64,000 bases of DNA from Thermoplasmata archaeon (GTDB taxonomy: Archaea; Thermoplasmatota; Thermoplasmata; Lutacidiplasmatales; UBA184). The notes below the pieces were generated by a model, which saw only the letters and a list, made by a program, of their open reading frames with translations, had not been told where the DNA came from and ran no database searches. The number at the start of each line of letters is the position of its first letter. The first letter of the stretch is position 1. This document shows positions 1 through 9,415 of this stretch, one piece after another. Position numbers and translations under genes: made by a program. The stretch spans positions 23,869 through 87,868 of the forward strand of contig DAHUZZ010000006.1 of NCBI GenBank assembly GCA_027314915.1, in the 5' to 3' direction.

Positions 1-286
1 ACGCCCGCATGATCGGGCCGACCGGCGGACCGGTATTTCATGGCGGGTGTGGGTGACGGCTCATACCCCCCGGGCGGAGTCTCCGGGGCCGCGCCGCGCG
101 GGCCCGGCCGCTCGCCTAAGATGCCGCCGCTCCGACGCCCCGTGAACGCCCGGTCCTCCCCGGAGCCCGGCGGCGGGTGCCGCCCGTCCCGCGCGGGGTC
201 GCGCCGCTTCCCCGGGAGCCCTCGGGCCGGCGCGGGACCCGGCGGCCGGAAGATACGCTCTTGGCTCGTTCTCCCTCCGGCCGGCC

Positions 287-1099
287 ATGCGCACCGAGGC
301 GCCCCAGCCCGTTCCGGGTCGTCCGGCGCTCCTCCTGCCCGAGGACCGACACCACCCCGCGGAGATCGCAATCGCGGACCTCCATCTCGGCCTGGGGGCG
401 CTGCGCTCGGAGGGGTTCGGGTTCGCCGAGACGCAGGCGCGCCGGATGGTGGAGGAGCTCCTCGGCGCGGCCTCCGAGTCGGGGGCGGCGGGGGTCGTCG
501 TGGTCGGGGACGCGAAGCATCCGCTCGTCGGGGCCCCGGCGCCGGTCGGCCGGATGCTCTTCGAGTTCTTCTCGACGCTGCTCGGCGAGCAGCTCCGCGT
601 CCGGTTGGTGCTCGGCAACCACGACGTCGGGATCGCGCGGCACCTCCCCCGGGAGGTCGAGCTGCTCCCGGCGAGCGGTTGGCGGCGGGGGCCGCTCGGA
701 CTGTTCCACGGACACAAGTGGCCGTCGCCCCGCGTGCTCCGGTCCGAGCGGCTGATCGCCGGCCACCTCCACCCGGGGTTCCGGCTCGCCCCGGGCCACC
801 GCAGCGCCGGCGGGAAGGAGCGCTGCTGGGTCCGGGTCGACCTGGCCCCGCCCCGGTCGCGACGCCGCTCCCGCCACGCGATCACGGCCCGGGAGCTGCT
901 CGTCCTGCCGGCGTTCAATCCGCTCTCCGGGATCGAGGCGCTCAACAAGGGGCCGCCGGCGGAGGGACGCACCTTCCTCGTCCACCGCTTCCTCGCGCCC
1001 GGCGTGGCGCGGGCCTACCTCCTCGACGGCACCGATCTGGGACGCCTGCCTAGCTGGGCGGCGACGCGACCGCGCGCGCGAGCTCCGCGGGCTCCGTGA
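287..1099 (+). CDS. Calcineurin-like metallophosphoesterase (ICC-like)
   Basis: Motifs IADLHLG, VVGDAKH, LGNHD, FHGH and GHLHP in order. Confidence 0.85.
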   Translation: MRTEAPQPVPGRPALLLPEDRHHPAEIAIADLHLGLGALRSEGFGFAETQARRMVEELLGAASESGAAGVVVVGDAKHPLVGAPAPVGRMLFEFFSTLLGEQLRVRLVLGNHDVGIARHLPREVELLPASGWRRGPLGLFHGHKWPSPRVLRSERLIAGHLHPGFRLAPGHRSAGGKERCWVRVDLAPPRSRRRSRHAITARELLVLPAFNPLSGIEALNKGPPAEGRTFLVHRFLAPGVARAYLLDGTDLGRLPSWAATRPRARAPRAP

Positions 1100-3170
1100 T
1101 CGGGGCGAGGCAACGGCTCCCGAAGCAGACGAGCGCGCGCGGGGTCCCGGTCGCTCCGGAGGCCCGGGCGAACTCCTCGGGGAGCGAGAACGGCGGGGGC
1201 GGGAGGCCCCGGAAGATGGCGAGGTTCGGGTGCCAGAGGCGCACGGCCGCCTGCCACAATCGGTCGGCCTCCGGGCCCGAGCCCTCCACCACGACCCGGG
1301 TCGCCGGCATCTGGAGGAGACCGGCCCCGAGGGCCGTCCCCGCGGCGAAGAGACCGGCCCCGCCGACCCGGGCCGTGAGCACGCGCCCGAGCTCTTCCGC
1401 GGAGGTGCGCCAGCCCGCCGAGCCGGTGACGGCGGCGAGCCGTGCGTAGGCGAGGAGGGTGGCGGCGTTCGCGGCGAGGTGCGGCGTATCCTCGAGAGGA
1501 TAGGCCGGCTGGTCGATCGGCGCGACCCGGGGACCGTCGTAGAGCGCAGGCGCGACGTCCCGCAGGACGCCGGAGTCGCCCGGGAACTCCCGACGGACCA
1601 CCTCGAGGATCGCCTCCGCGGACTCGAGGTACCGCGGTTCGGCGGTGACGGTGCCCAGGTCGATCAACCCCAGGGCGAACTCCGCCTGATCGTCGAGGAG
1701 CCCCCAGCCGGACGGACCCTCCGCCGAAAGGCGGTGGGCGACGCCTTCGCCCCGGCGGAACCCGTCCCGGAGGAAGCGGTCGGCGGCGCGGCGGGCGTCC
1801 GCCACGAGCGAAGGGTCGCCGAGGAACTGGCCGCCGCGGGCCAGGCCCCGGAGGAAAGCGCCGTTGAGGGAGGCGTAGAGCGCCCGGTCCACGAGCGGGG
1901 TGGGCCGTTGCGCGCGGGCCGCGCGGAGCTTCTCCTTCGCCCGGTGGAGCCGGGCGAGCGCCTCCTCCTCGCTCCGGCCGGTCCCTTCGGCGGCCTCCGA
2001 GAGGGGCAGGAGATGGAAGAGCACGTTCCGGTCGGGGTCGTGCGGCATCCGTCCCTCGCTGCCGACGCCGTAGTACCGGGTGATGAGCCGCAGCTCCTCG
2101 GGCTCGAGGAGCGCCTTGAGCTCGGCCCGGCTCCACGTGAAGTAGCTACCATCGTCGCCGGGGGCGTTGTCGGCGTCCTGGCTCGAGCCGAACCCTCCGG
2201 CGGGGTCGCCGAGCACTCCGCGCACCCAGCCCACGGTCTCCCGGATCACCTCGAGGAAACGCGTCTCCCCCCCGAACCTCCGGGCGCCCTCCACGTAGGC
2301 CTCGAGCAGCGCCGCGTTGTCGACCCCCATCTTCTCGAAGTGGGGGATGTGCCAACCTTCGTCGACCGAGTAGCGGTGGAACCCTCCTCCCAGGTGGTCG
2401 TACATGCCGCCCTCGGCCATCTTGAGGAGCGTGGTCCGGGCCCGGTCGGCCGAGCGCTCCTCGCCCGTCCGGAACCCGTCGAGGAGGAGGAAGGAGATCG
2501 CGGTCGGATGGGGGAACTTCGGCGCGCTACCGAATCCGCCGTTCACCGGGTCGTACCGTTGGGCCAGGTCCGCGCGGACGGACGCCGGGAGCGCCTCCTC
2601 CCCGGGGGTGGCCGCGGCGGCGGGGGAACGTGCCATGCGGCCCAGGGCGGCGCGGACCGCCTCCGCGTTCTGGCGGACCTGCTCGGGCTCGCCGCGCCAC
2701 AGCCGGGCGACCTCCTGGAGGACCCGGCGGAAGCCCGGACGCCCGTGCCCGTCCTGGGGCGGGAAGTAGGTGCCGCCCAGGAAGACCTCCCCCTCCGGCG
2801 TGAGGAAGGCGGTGAGCGGCCATCCGCCCTCGCCGGTGAGCGCGCTGACCTGGCGCTGGTAGCGGCGGTCGACCTCGGGGTGCTCGTCCCGGTCGACCTT
2901 CACGGCGATGAAGTGCTGCTCGATGAGCCGCGCGACCTCGGGGTCGGAGTACGTCCCCTCGTCCATCACGTGGCACCAGTGGCACCACGCGGCGCCGATG
3001 TCGAGGAGGATCGGACGCCGGCTGCGCTTCGCCTCCGTGAACGGGTCGTCGCCCCACGGTCGCCAGCTGATCGCCTGCTCGGCGGCCCCCCGCAGGTACA
3101 CGGAGCTCGACTCCGCGAGCCGGTGGCCGGCCGGGGCCCCCTGCGGAGCCGGGCGGTGCTCCTTCGCCAT
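1050..3170 (-). CDS. Thioredoxin-domain protein, YyaL/SPATA20 (DUF255) family
   Basis: WCHWCHVM, VKVDRDEHPEVD, GGWPLT, GGFGSAPKFP and HFEKM motifs. Start moved to the ATG at 3170 (MAKEHR). Confidence 0.9.
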   Translation of the reverse strand: MAKEHRPAPQGAPAGHRLAESSSVYLRGAAEQAISWRPWGDDPFTEAKRSRRPILLDIGAAWCHWCHVMDEGTYSDPEVARLIEQHFIAVKVDRDEHPEVDRRYQRQVSALTGEGGWPLTAFLTPEGEVFLGGTYFPPQDGHGRPGFRRVLQEVARLWRGEPEQVRQNAEAVRAALGRMARSPAAAATPGEEALPASVRADLAQRYDPVNGGFGSAPKFPHPTAISFLLLDGFRTGEERSADRARTTLLKMAEGGMYDHLGGGFHRYSVDEGWHIPHFEKMGVDNAALLEAYVEGARRFGGETRFLEVIRETVGWVRGVLGDPAGGFGSSQDADNAPGDDGSYFTWSRAELKALLEPEELRLITRYYGVGSEGRMPHDPDRNVLFHLLPLSEAAEGTGRSEEEALARLHRAKEKLRAARAQRPTPLVDRALYASLNGAFLRGLARGGQFLGDPSLVADARRAADRFLRDGFRRGEGVAHRLSAEGPSGWGLLDDQAEFALGLIDLGTVTAEPRYLESAEAILEVVRREFPGDSGVLRDVAPALYDGPRVAPIDQPAYPLEDTPHLAANAATLLAYARLAAVTGSAGWRTSAEELGRVLTARVGGAGLFAAGTALGAGLLQMPATRVVVEGSGPEADRLWQAAVRLWHPNLAIFRGLPPPPFSLPEEFARASGATGTPRALVCFGSRCLAPITEPAELARAVASPPS

Positions 3171-3284
3171 ACGGGCGCACCACGGTCCGCGCGCAAAACG
3201 GTTCGCCCCGGGACGTCCGCCGCCGCGGAAACCGGGTGTCGCGGACGCAACCAAGTGTCCGAAGGTGCCGCGCTCCGCTCGGTG

Positions 3285-3290
3285 TTATAA
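3285..3290 (+). promoter_or_regulatory. Archaeal TATA box (TTATAA) upstream of psmA
   Basis: The only strongly AT-rich hexamer in the GC-rich intergenic region, about 40 nt upstream of the psmA ATG. It is palindromic. Confidence 0.6.
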
Positions 3291-3330
3291 GCGCGGCCTT
3301 GGTGCCCCGGGAGCGCGCACGAGGGATTCC

Positions 3331-4086
3331 ATGGAGATGCAGCCGGGCCAGATGGCCTACGACCGCGCGATCACCGTCTTCTCCCCGGACGGGCGACTGT
3401 TCCAGGTCGAGTACGCCCGGGAGGCGGTGCGCCGCGGCGCAACGACGGCCGGCGTGATCTTCAAGGACGGCGCGGTCCTCGCGGCGGACCGGAGGATCCC
3501 GAACCCGAAGCTCGCCGAGCCGGCGAGCCTCGAGAAGATCCACCAGATCGACGAGCACGTGGCCTGCGCGACCGCCGGGCTCGTCGCCGATGCGCGGGTG
3601 CTCGTCGACTTCGCCCGGCTGACGGCCCAGATCAACCGGGTCACCTACGCCGAGGGGATGACGGTCGAGCTCCTCGCGCGGAAGATCTGCGACTACAAGC
3701 AGCAGTACACCCAGTTCGGCGGGGTCCGACCGTTCGGCACCGCCCTCCTGGTCGCGGGCTACGACGACACGGGCGTCCGGCTGTTCGAGACCGAGCCCTC
3801 GGGCTCGCTCACGAGCTTCAAGGCGACCTCGACGGGGGGCAACAAGGGGCCGGTGATGGAGCTTCTCGAGCAGAAGTACCAGCCCAACATGGACGTGGAC
3901 AGCGCCATCCTCCTCGCCATCGAGGCGATCCGGCAGTCCCTCGAGGACCCCGCGACCCTCTCCCAGGTGGAGGTCTGCCTGGTCCACCGGGACCGCGGCT
4001 TCCGCCGTCTCTCGGCCGAGGAAATCCAGAAGTACGCGGCCCGACTGCCTCCCCCGTCGGGGACCCCCCGGGGCGGCCGCTCGTAG
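3331..4086 (+). CDS. psmA: Proteasome alpha subunit
   Basis: YDRAITVFSPDGRLFQVEYAREAV signature and GGVRPFGTALL. Start set at the ATG at 3331. Confidence 0.97.
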   Translation: MEMQPGQMAYDRAITVFSPDGRLFQVEYAREAVRRGATTAGVIFKDGAVLAADRRIPNPKLAEPASLEKIHQIDEHVACATAGLVADARVLVDFARLTAQINRVTYAEGMTVELLARKICDYKQQYTQFGGVRPFGTALLVAGYDDTGVRLFETEPSGSLTSFKATSTGGNKGPVMELLEQKYQPNMDVDSAILLAIEAIRQSLEDPATLSQVEVCLVHRDRGFRRLSAEEIQKYAARLPPPSGTPRGGRS

Positions 4087-4118
4087 GCCGTCCGCGCGGG
4101 TCCGGGAACGGCCGGGCC

Positions 4119-4814
4119 GTGGTGAAGGTCGAGGACGCGGTGGTCGCACGCTGGGAGCATCAGGGCTCCCGGTTCGAGGTGCTCGTCGATCCGAAGGCGG
4201 TCCAGGACATCAAGGACGGCAAGAACGTCGACATCGCCGACAAGCTCGCCCTGGACCATGTCTTCAAGGACGCCCGGAAGGGCGACAAGATCTCGGAGGA
4301 GTACCTCGAGAAGGTCTTCCGCACCCGCTCCGTGCCGGAGATCGCGCTCCAGATCGTCCGCAAGGGCGAGGTCCAGGTCACCACCGAGCAGCGGCACGAG
4401 CTCGCCGAGGCGAAGTACCACCAGATCGTCGCCCAGATCGCCCGCAACGCGATGAACCCGCAGACCGGGGCGCCGCACCCGCCCGCCCGGATCGAGGCGG
4501 CGATGCGCGAGGCGAAGGTCCACGTCGACCCGTTCCGGCCGGCCGACCAGCAGATGCAGGAGATCCTGCAGAAGCTGAGGCCGCTCCTCCCGATCCGGCT
4601 CGACACGGTGCGGATCAAGATCCGGCTCCGGGGCCAGGACTACCCGAAGGTCGTCGGCGATCTCAAGGGGTTCGGCAAGGTCCTCGAGGAGGGGTGGCTT
4701 CCCGACGGCTCCTGGAGCGGGATGATCGAGATCCCCGCCGGCATGCAGACCGAGCTCTACGAGCGGCTCAACGCGCGCACGCGGGGCGCCGCCGAGGCCG
4801 CCTTGGTTAAATAG
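4119..4814 (+). CDS. Ribosome maturation protein SBDS/Sdo1
   Basis: FEVLVDP, GEVQVTTEQR, NPQTGAPHPPARIEAAM motifs and canonical position after psmA. Confidence 0.95.
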   Translation: MVKVEDAVVARWEHQGSRFEVLVDPKAVQDIKDGKNVDIADKLALDHVFKDARKGDKISEEYLEKVFRTRSVPEIALQIVRKGEVQVTTEQRHELAEAKYHQIVAQIARNAMNPQTGAPHPPARIEAAMREAKVHVDPFRPADQQMQEILQKLRPLLPIRLDTVRIKIRLRGQDYPKVVGDLKGFGKVLEEGWLPDGSWSGMIEIPAGMQTELYERLNARTRGAAEAALVK

Positions 4815-4850
4815 GGCAGCCCCGTCGCGCGGTGCGGTGCAGTCAAGAAA

Positions 4851-5726
4851 ATGCCCCATGGACATCGACCCGGCCGTCGTGGGCCGGGACGCGAGGGTGC
4901 TCCCTCGCACGGAACTTCCGACCGGATTCTAGTCCTGCCCGGCGAGGAGATCGCGGCGCGCGGACTCCAGCCCGGCACCGGCACCTACCGGGTCAACGGC
5001 CACATCTACGCGAGCGTGCTCGGGCTGGTGCAGCCGCGGCCCCCGTTCGTCCGGGTGGCCCCGCTCTCCGGCCGCTACATCCCCAAGGCGCGGGACCTGG
5101 TCATCGGGATCGTGACCGACGTCCAGGGCACCTTCTGGCTGCTCGACATCGGCGCCCCGAGATGGGCTCCGCTCCACATGACCGGCACGCCCTGGAAGAT
5201 CGACTTCGGCGAGACCGAGCAGTACCTCAAGGTGGGCGATGCCGTGGTGGTCTCGGTCGAGCAGATCGAGAACACCGGGCGGATCGGCGTCACCATGATC
5301 GGCGACGGGCTCGGCAAGCTCGAGGGCGGCACCCTCGCCACGATCTCGCCCGCGAAGATCCCCCGGGTGATCGGGAAGGGCGGCAGCATGATCCAGACGA
5401 TCCAGCAGGCGACCCGGTGCGAGGTCGTGGTCGGCCAGAACGGCCGGCTCTGGATCGACGGGCCCGACGAGGGCATCCTGAGGGTCCGCGAGGCGCTGCG
5501 CCTCGTCGAGACCGAAGGGCAGCGTCGCGGCCTCACCGAGAAGGTCCAATCGCTCCTCGGCATCTCCGGCCGACCTCCGGTCGGCGCGCGGGAGACGGAG
5601 CGTTCCCCCGGCCGCGGGTCCCCCGCAGGCGAGGAGCACGAACCCCGGCACCGCCCTCCCCTCGGGGAGGATGCGGCCGGCGGCTCGGAGATGGACGGGG
5701 ACAATTCAGAACAGGACGGGAACTAG
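4851..5726 (+). CDS. rrp4: Exosome RNA-binding subunit Rrp4
   Basis: VLPGE N-terminus, YIPKARDLVIG S1 domain, KH motif PRVIGKGGSM and VGQNGRLW. Confidence 0.95.
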   Translation: MPHGHRPGRRGPGREGAPSHGTSDRILVLPGEEIAARGLQPGTGTYRVNGHIYASVLGLVQPRPPFVRVAPLSGRYIPKARDLVIGIVTDVQGTFWLLDIGAPRWAPLHMTGTPWKIDFGETEQYLKVGDAVVVSVEQIENTGRIGVTMIGDGLGKLEGGTLATISPAKIPRVIGKGGSMIQTIQQATRCEVVVGQNGRLWIDGPDEGILRVREALRLVETEGQRRGLTEKVQSLLGISGRPPVGARETERSPGRGSPAGEEHEPRHRPPLGEDAAGGSEMDGDNSEQDGN

Positions 5727-5727
5727 C

Positions 5728-6501
5728 ATGGGAAGCGTAGGAGCCAAGGAGGTCCCCCAGCTCATCGGGCCGGACGGACGAAGGATCGACGGACGGCAAC
5801 TGGACGAGCTGCGACCCCTCCGGATCGTGGCCGGGGCGCTCCACCGCGCCGACGGATCGGCGTTCGTCGAGTGGGGTGCGAACAAGGTCATGGCGGCCGT
5901 CTACGGGCCGCGCGAGGTGCACCCGAGGCACCTCCAGCAGAACAACAAGGCCATCGTGCAGTGCCGCTACAACATGGCGGCCTTCTCCGTCGACGAGCGG
6001 AAGCGGCCGGGGCTCGACCGCCGCTCGCAGGAGATCTCGAAGGTCATCGCCGAGGCGTTCGAGTCGGTGATCTTCGCGGAGGAGTACCCGCGCACGAGCA
6101 TCGACATCTACATCGAGGTGCTCCAGGCCAACGCCGGGACCCGCTGCGCGGGGCTCGTCGCCGCCTCGGTGGCGCTCGCCGACGCCGGGATCCCCATGGT
6201 CGACCTCCTGCCGGCGGTCGCCGTCGGGAAGATCGGCGGCCAGATCGCCCTCGACCTCCGTAAGGAGGAGGACAACTTCGGCGAGGCGGACCTCCCCATG
6301 GCCCTGGTCCCGCAGTCCGGCCGGCTCGTCCTGCTCCAGATGGAGGGGCACATGAACCGGGAGGAACTTTCCCGCTCGCTCGACCTGGGCGTGGTGGGCT
6401 GCCGGAAGATCTACGACGTGATGAAGCAGGCGCTCCGCGATCGCTACTCGGTCACGCCCGCGGCGCCCGCCCCCTCGGTCCCGACGGAGGCACCGGCATG
6501 A
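5728..6501 (+). CDS. rrp41: Exosome complex exonuclease Rrp41
   Basis: RIDGRQLDELRP, ADGSAFVEWG, YPRTSIDIYIEVLQANAGTR and EEDNFGEADLP. Start set at the ATG at 5728. Confidence 0.97.
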   Translation: MGSVGAKEVPQLIGPDGRRIDGRQLDELRPLRIVAGALHRADGSAFVEWGANKVMAAVYGPREVHPRHLQQNNKAIVQCRYNMAAFSVDERKRPGLDRRSQEISKVIAEAFESVIFAEEYPRTSIDIYIEVLQANAGTRCAGLVAASVALADAGIPMVDLLPAVAVGKIGGQIALDLRKEEDNFGEADLPMALVPQSGRLVLLQMEGHMNREELSRSLDLGVVGCRKIYDVMKQALRDRYSVTPAAPAPSVPTEAPA

Positions 6502-7286
6502 GCGAGGAGGTCACGGCCGAGATCCTGACGACCCACATCCTCGAGCTCGCCCAGGGCGGCAAGCGGCTCGACGGCCGGGCGGTCGACGAGTACCGGCCCG
6601 TCACGATCCAGTTCGGGTACGTGGCGAGCGCCGACGGGAGCGCGCTCGTGCGGCTCGGCAACACCACGGTCCTCTCCGGGATCAAGCTCGAGCCCGGCAA
6701 GCCGTTCCCCGACACGCCCAACGCGGGCGTGCTCACCACCAACGCGGAGCTGATCCCGCTCTCCTCGCCCACCTTCGAGCCCGGACCGCCGCACCCGAGG
6801 GCCATCGAGGTCTCGCGTGTCGTGGACCGGGCGATCCGGGCCGCCGAGGCGGTCGACCTGACCGGGCTCTGCGTCACCCCGGGGGAGAAGTGCTGGACCT
6901 GCTTCGTCGACATCCACGTGCTCGACCACTCGGGCAACCTGATCGACGCCTCCATGCTCGCGGCCGTCTCCGCGCTCTCGCGCGCGACGCTGCCGGGCAA
7001 GCGGTTCGAGATCGGGGAGGACGCCCCGCTCAACATCCGGCACCTGCCCATCGAGACCACCTTCTGCCGGCTCGGGGAGACCATCGTCGTCGACCCGACC
7101 TTCGAGGAGGAGACGGCCGCCCAGGGGCGGGTCACCATCGCGACGGACGAGATCGGCAACGTCGTCGCCATGCAGAAGGGGCTCGTCGGCGCCTTCGCGC
7201 CGGAGGAAGTGAAGCAGCTGGTCGACCGGGCGTTCCGCCACGGCGACCGCCTGCGCGAGCAGATCCGCCGCGGGGGAGGCCCATGA
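6498..7286 (+). CDS. rrp42: Exosome complex component Rrp42
   Basis: RLDGRAVDEYRP, PFPDTPNAG, FEPGPP, GNLIDA. ATGA overlap with rrp41. Confidence 0.96.
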   Translation: MSEEVTAEILTTHILELAQGGKRLDGRAVDEYRPVTIQFGYVASADGSALVRLGNTTVLSGIKLEPGKPFPDTPNAGVLTTNAELIPLSSPTFEPGPPHPRAIEVSRVVDRAIRAAEAVDLTGLCVTPGEKCWTCFVDIHVLDHSGNLIDASMLAAVSALSRATLPGKRFEIGEDAPLNIRHLPIETTFCRLGETIVVDPTFEEETAAQGRVTIATDEIGNVVAMQKGLVGAFAPEEVKQLVDRAFRHGDRLREQIRRGGGP

Positions 7287-7564
7287 GCAAGCGGACGAAG
7301 AAGGTCGGGTGCACCGGCTGGATGGGTCCCCGCTACGGGATCCGGATCCGCCGGAGGATCCTCGAGATCGACACGGTCAAGAGCGCCCGGTCGCGCTGTC
7401 CCAAGTGCGCGACCGTGACGGTGAAGCGCGTGGCGAGCGGCGTCTTCGAGTGCCACCGCTGCGGGCGGCGGTTCGCGAGCGGCGCCTACCAGTTCACCCC
7501 GGCGCCCCCCATCGTGCGCACGGAGCGGGCGGCCGAGCCCGCGGCGGCCCCCGGCAAGCGGTAG
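7283..7564 (+). CDS. rpl37ae: 50S ribosomal protein L37ae (eL43)
   Basis: MSKRTKKVG..GPRYG, C4 zinc ribbon (CPKC, CHRC), FASGAY. ATGA overlap with rrp42. Confidence 0.95.
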   Translation: MSKRTKKVGCTGWMGPRYGIRIRRRILEIDTVKSARSRCPKCATVTVKRVASGVFECHRCGRRFASGAYQFTPAPPIVRTERAAEPAAAPGKR

Positions 7565-7658
7565 GCCGGGGCGGATCGCGGGCGAGGCTTCTTCCTCCCC
7601 GGGGCCCTGGAGCCTCCGTGGCCGAGGAGACCGCGCGCCGGTCCCGGGCCCTCCGCCC

Positions 7659-8363
7659 GTGACCGCCCGGAGCCGGGACGAGGCGCTCGTCGAGCTCAAG
7701 CTGGAGGGGCCGCGGGTCCCCCACTGGCTCAACGACCTCGGGACCCGGTACGGGGCCGTCGTGAAGCTCCACGTCTGCCGGTCCACCGAGGACCGGCCGC
7801 GGAAGCTCGTCCGCCTCCTCGAGATCACCGCCGCCCCGGACCGGCTCGATGAGATCTCCACCTTCCTCGTGAGCAAGGCGGGCCGCGGCAACGTCGCGCA
7901 GACCCGGGTCGCCGCGCACCGGCTGATCGCCCGGCTGCGGACGCCGCTCCCGGCCATCTGCCAGTCGGTCTTCGACCTGGGGGCCATCTGCACGAGCTGC
8001 CCGTTCCTCGCCGAGGGCGACCCGGAGGAGACCGAGAGCTCCTGGGGGCTCCTGGTCCCCCGCGCGGCCGATGCCCGGCCGATGATCCGCGACCTCAAGG
8101 GCTCCGGCGGGAACCCGCCGCGCCTGATCCGGGTCGGGAAGTACCGCGGCCCGCCCGACCTCACCCCGCGCCAGGAGCTCGCGGTCCACCTCGCCCACCG
8201 GATGGGCTACTTCGAGACGCCCCGCCGGGCGGACCTCGACCAGCTGGCCCGGGCCCTCGGGGTGAGCCGGCCGACGGCGATGGAGATCCTCCGGCGCGGC
8301 CTGCAGAAGCTCGCCGAGCGCCACGCGACCGGGCCGGCGGCCACGCGCGCGCTCGGGGGCTAG
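7659..8363 (+). CDS. Bat-like (HTH_10) transcriptional regulator with a Cys-containing N-terminal domain
   Basis: C-terminal LTPRQ..A...GYFETPRRADL..LA..LGVS...EILRR is typical of the bacterio-opsin activator HTH. N-terminal ICQ...ICTSCPF. Confidence 0.8.
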   Translation: MTARSRDEALVELKLEGPRVPHWLNDLGTRYGAVVKLHVCRSTEDRPRKLVRLLEITAAPDRLDEISTFLVSKAGRGNVAQTRVAAHRLIARLRTPLPAICQSVFDLGAICTSCPFLAEGDPEETESSWGLLVPRAADARPMIRDLKGSGGNPPRLIRVGKYRGPPDLTPRQELAVHLAHRMGYFETPRRADLDQLARALGVSRPTAMEILRRGLQKLAERHATGPAATRALGG

Positions 8364-8367
8364 GCCG

Positions 8368-9414
8368 CTACCCCGGCACGACGACGGTCCGCAGGCCCCG
8401 GCCCTCCCGGAGCCGGTCCGCCGCTTCCCCGATCCGCTCGAGGGGGACCCGGCCGGAGACGATCTCGTCGACCCGGACGCGGCCGGACCGGACCAACTCG
8501 ATGACCCGGGGGTAGTCGACCGGCCGGCAGCCGAGCGAGCCGAGGACCGTGTACTCGAAGAACATGAGGCGGTTCATCGGGAGCGTCGCCGGCGCCTCGC
8601 CGTAGCCGACCACGCAGAGCCGGCCGCCCCGCCGGAGGGTCGAGAGCGCGAGGGAGAAGGTGCCGGGGCTCCCGACGGCGTCGAAGGCGACGTCCACCCC
8701 GCCGCCCGTCGCCCGCCGGATCCGCTTCGCGACCTCCGGTTCCCGCTCCGGGTTCAGCGCCTCCGTCGCGCCGAGCCGGGTCGCGAGCGCGAGCTTCTCA
8801 TCCTTCACATCGAGGGCGGTCACCAGGCCGCCCGCCACGGCGGCGAACTGGACCACGTTCATCCCCACCCCACCGCAGCCGACGACCGCGACCTGCTCGC
8901 CGGGCCGGACCCGGGCCCGCTCCACCACGGCATGGAAGGGGGTGGTGAGGGCGTCCGCGATCACGCAGCCGTTCACGAGGTCGATCGACGCGGGGAGCGC
9001 GACGAGGTCCTTCCCGGGGACCGCGACGTACTCCGCGTACCCGCCGTCGACGTGGTTGCCGACCATCCGCATCTCCGGGCAGATGTTCTCCCGCCCCGAC
9101 CGGCACCACGCGCACCGCCCGCACGGCAGGACCGCCGGCACCAGGACGGGATCGCCCGGGCTCCATCCGCCGGCGCCCTCCCCGACCTCCTTCACGCGGC
9201 CGGAGATCTCGTGGCCGAGGATCATCGGGGGCGGCTTCGCCGTCGGGACGTGGTGGTCGAGGTAGTGGAGGTCGGTGTGGCAGAAGCCGCAGGCGGCGAC
9301 CTCGACGAGCACCTCGCCGGGCCCCACGCGGGGGCGGTCCACCTCCTCGAGGACGAGCGGCCGGCCCGGGCCGTGGAAGACCGCGGCGCGCATCTTCCCC
9401 GGCCCCGCCACCAC
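8368..9414 (-). CDS. had: Zn-dependent alcohol dehydrogenase, probable 6-hydroxycyclohex-1-ene-1-carbonyl-CoA dehydrogenase
   Basis: CGFCHTD, GHE, structural Zn CGRCAWC..C and GCGGVG motifs. The specific call rests on its position in the BCR operon. Confidence 0.78.
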   Translation of the reverse strand: MVAGPGKMRAAVFHGPGRPLVLEEVDRPRVGPGEVLVEVAACGFCHTDLHYLDHHVPTAKPPPMILGHEISGRVKEVGEGAGGWSPGDPVLVPAVLPCGRCAWCRSGRENICPEMRMVGNHVDGGYAEYVAVPGKDLVALPASIDLVNGCVIADALTTPFHAVVERARVRPGEQVAVVGCGGVGMNVVQFAAVAGGLVTALDVKDEKLALATRLGATEALNPEREPEVAKRIRRATGGGVDVAFDAVGSPGTFSLALSTLRRGGRLCVVGYGEAPATLPMNRLMFFEYTVLGSLGCRPVDYPRVIELVRSGRVRVDEIVSGRVPLERIGEAADRLREGRGLRTVVVPG

Positions 9415-9415
9415 C

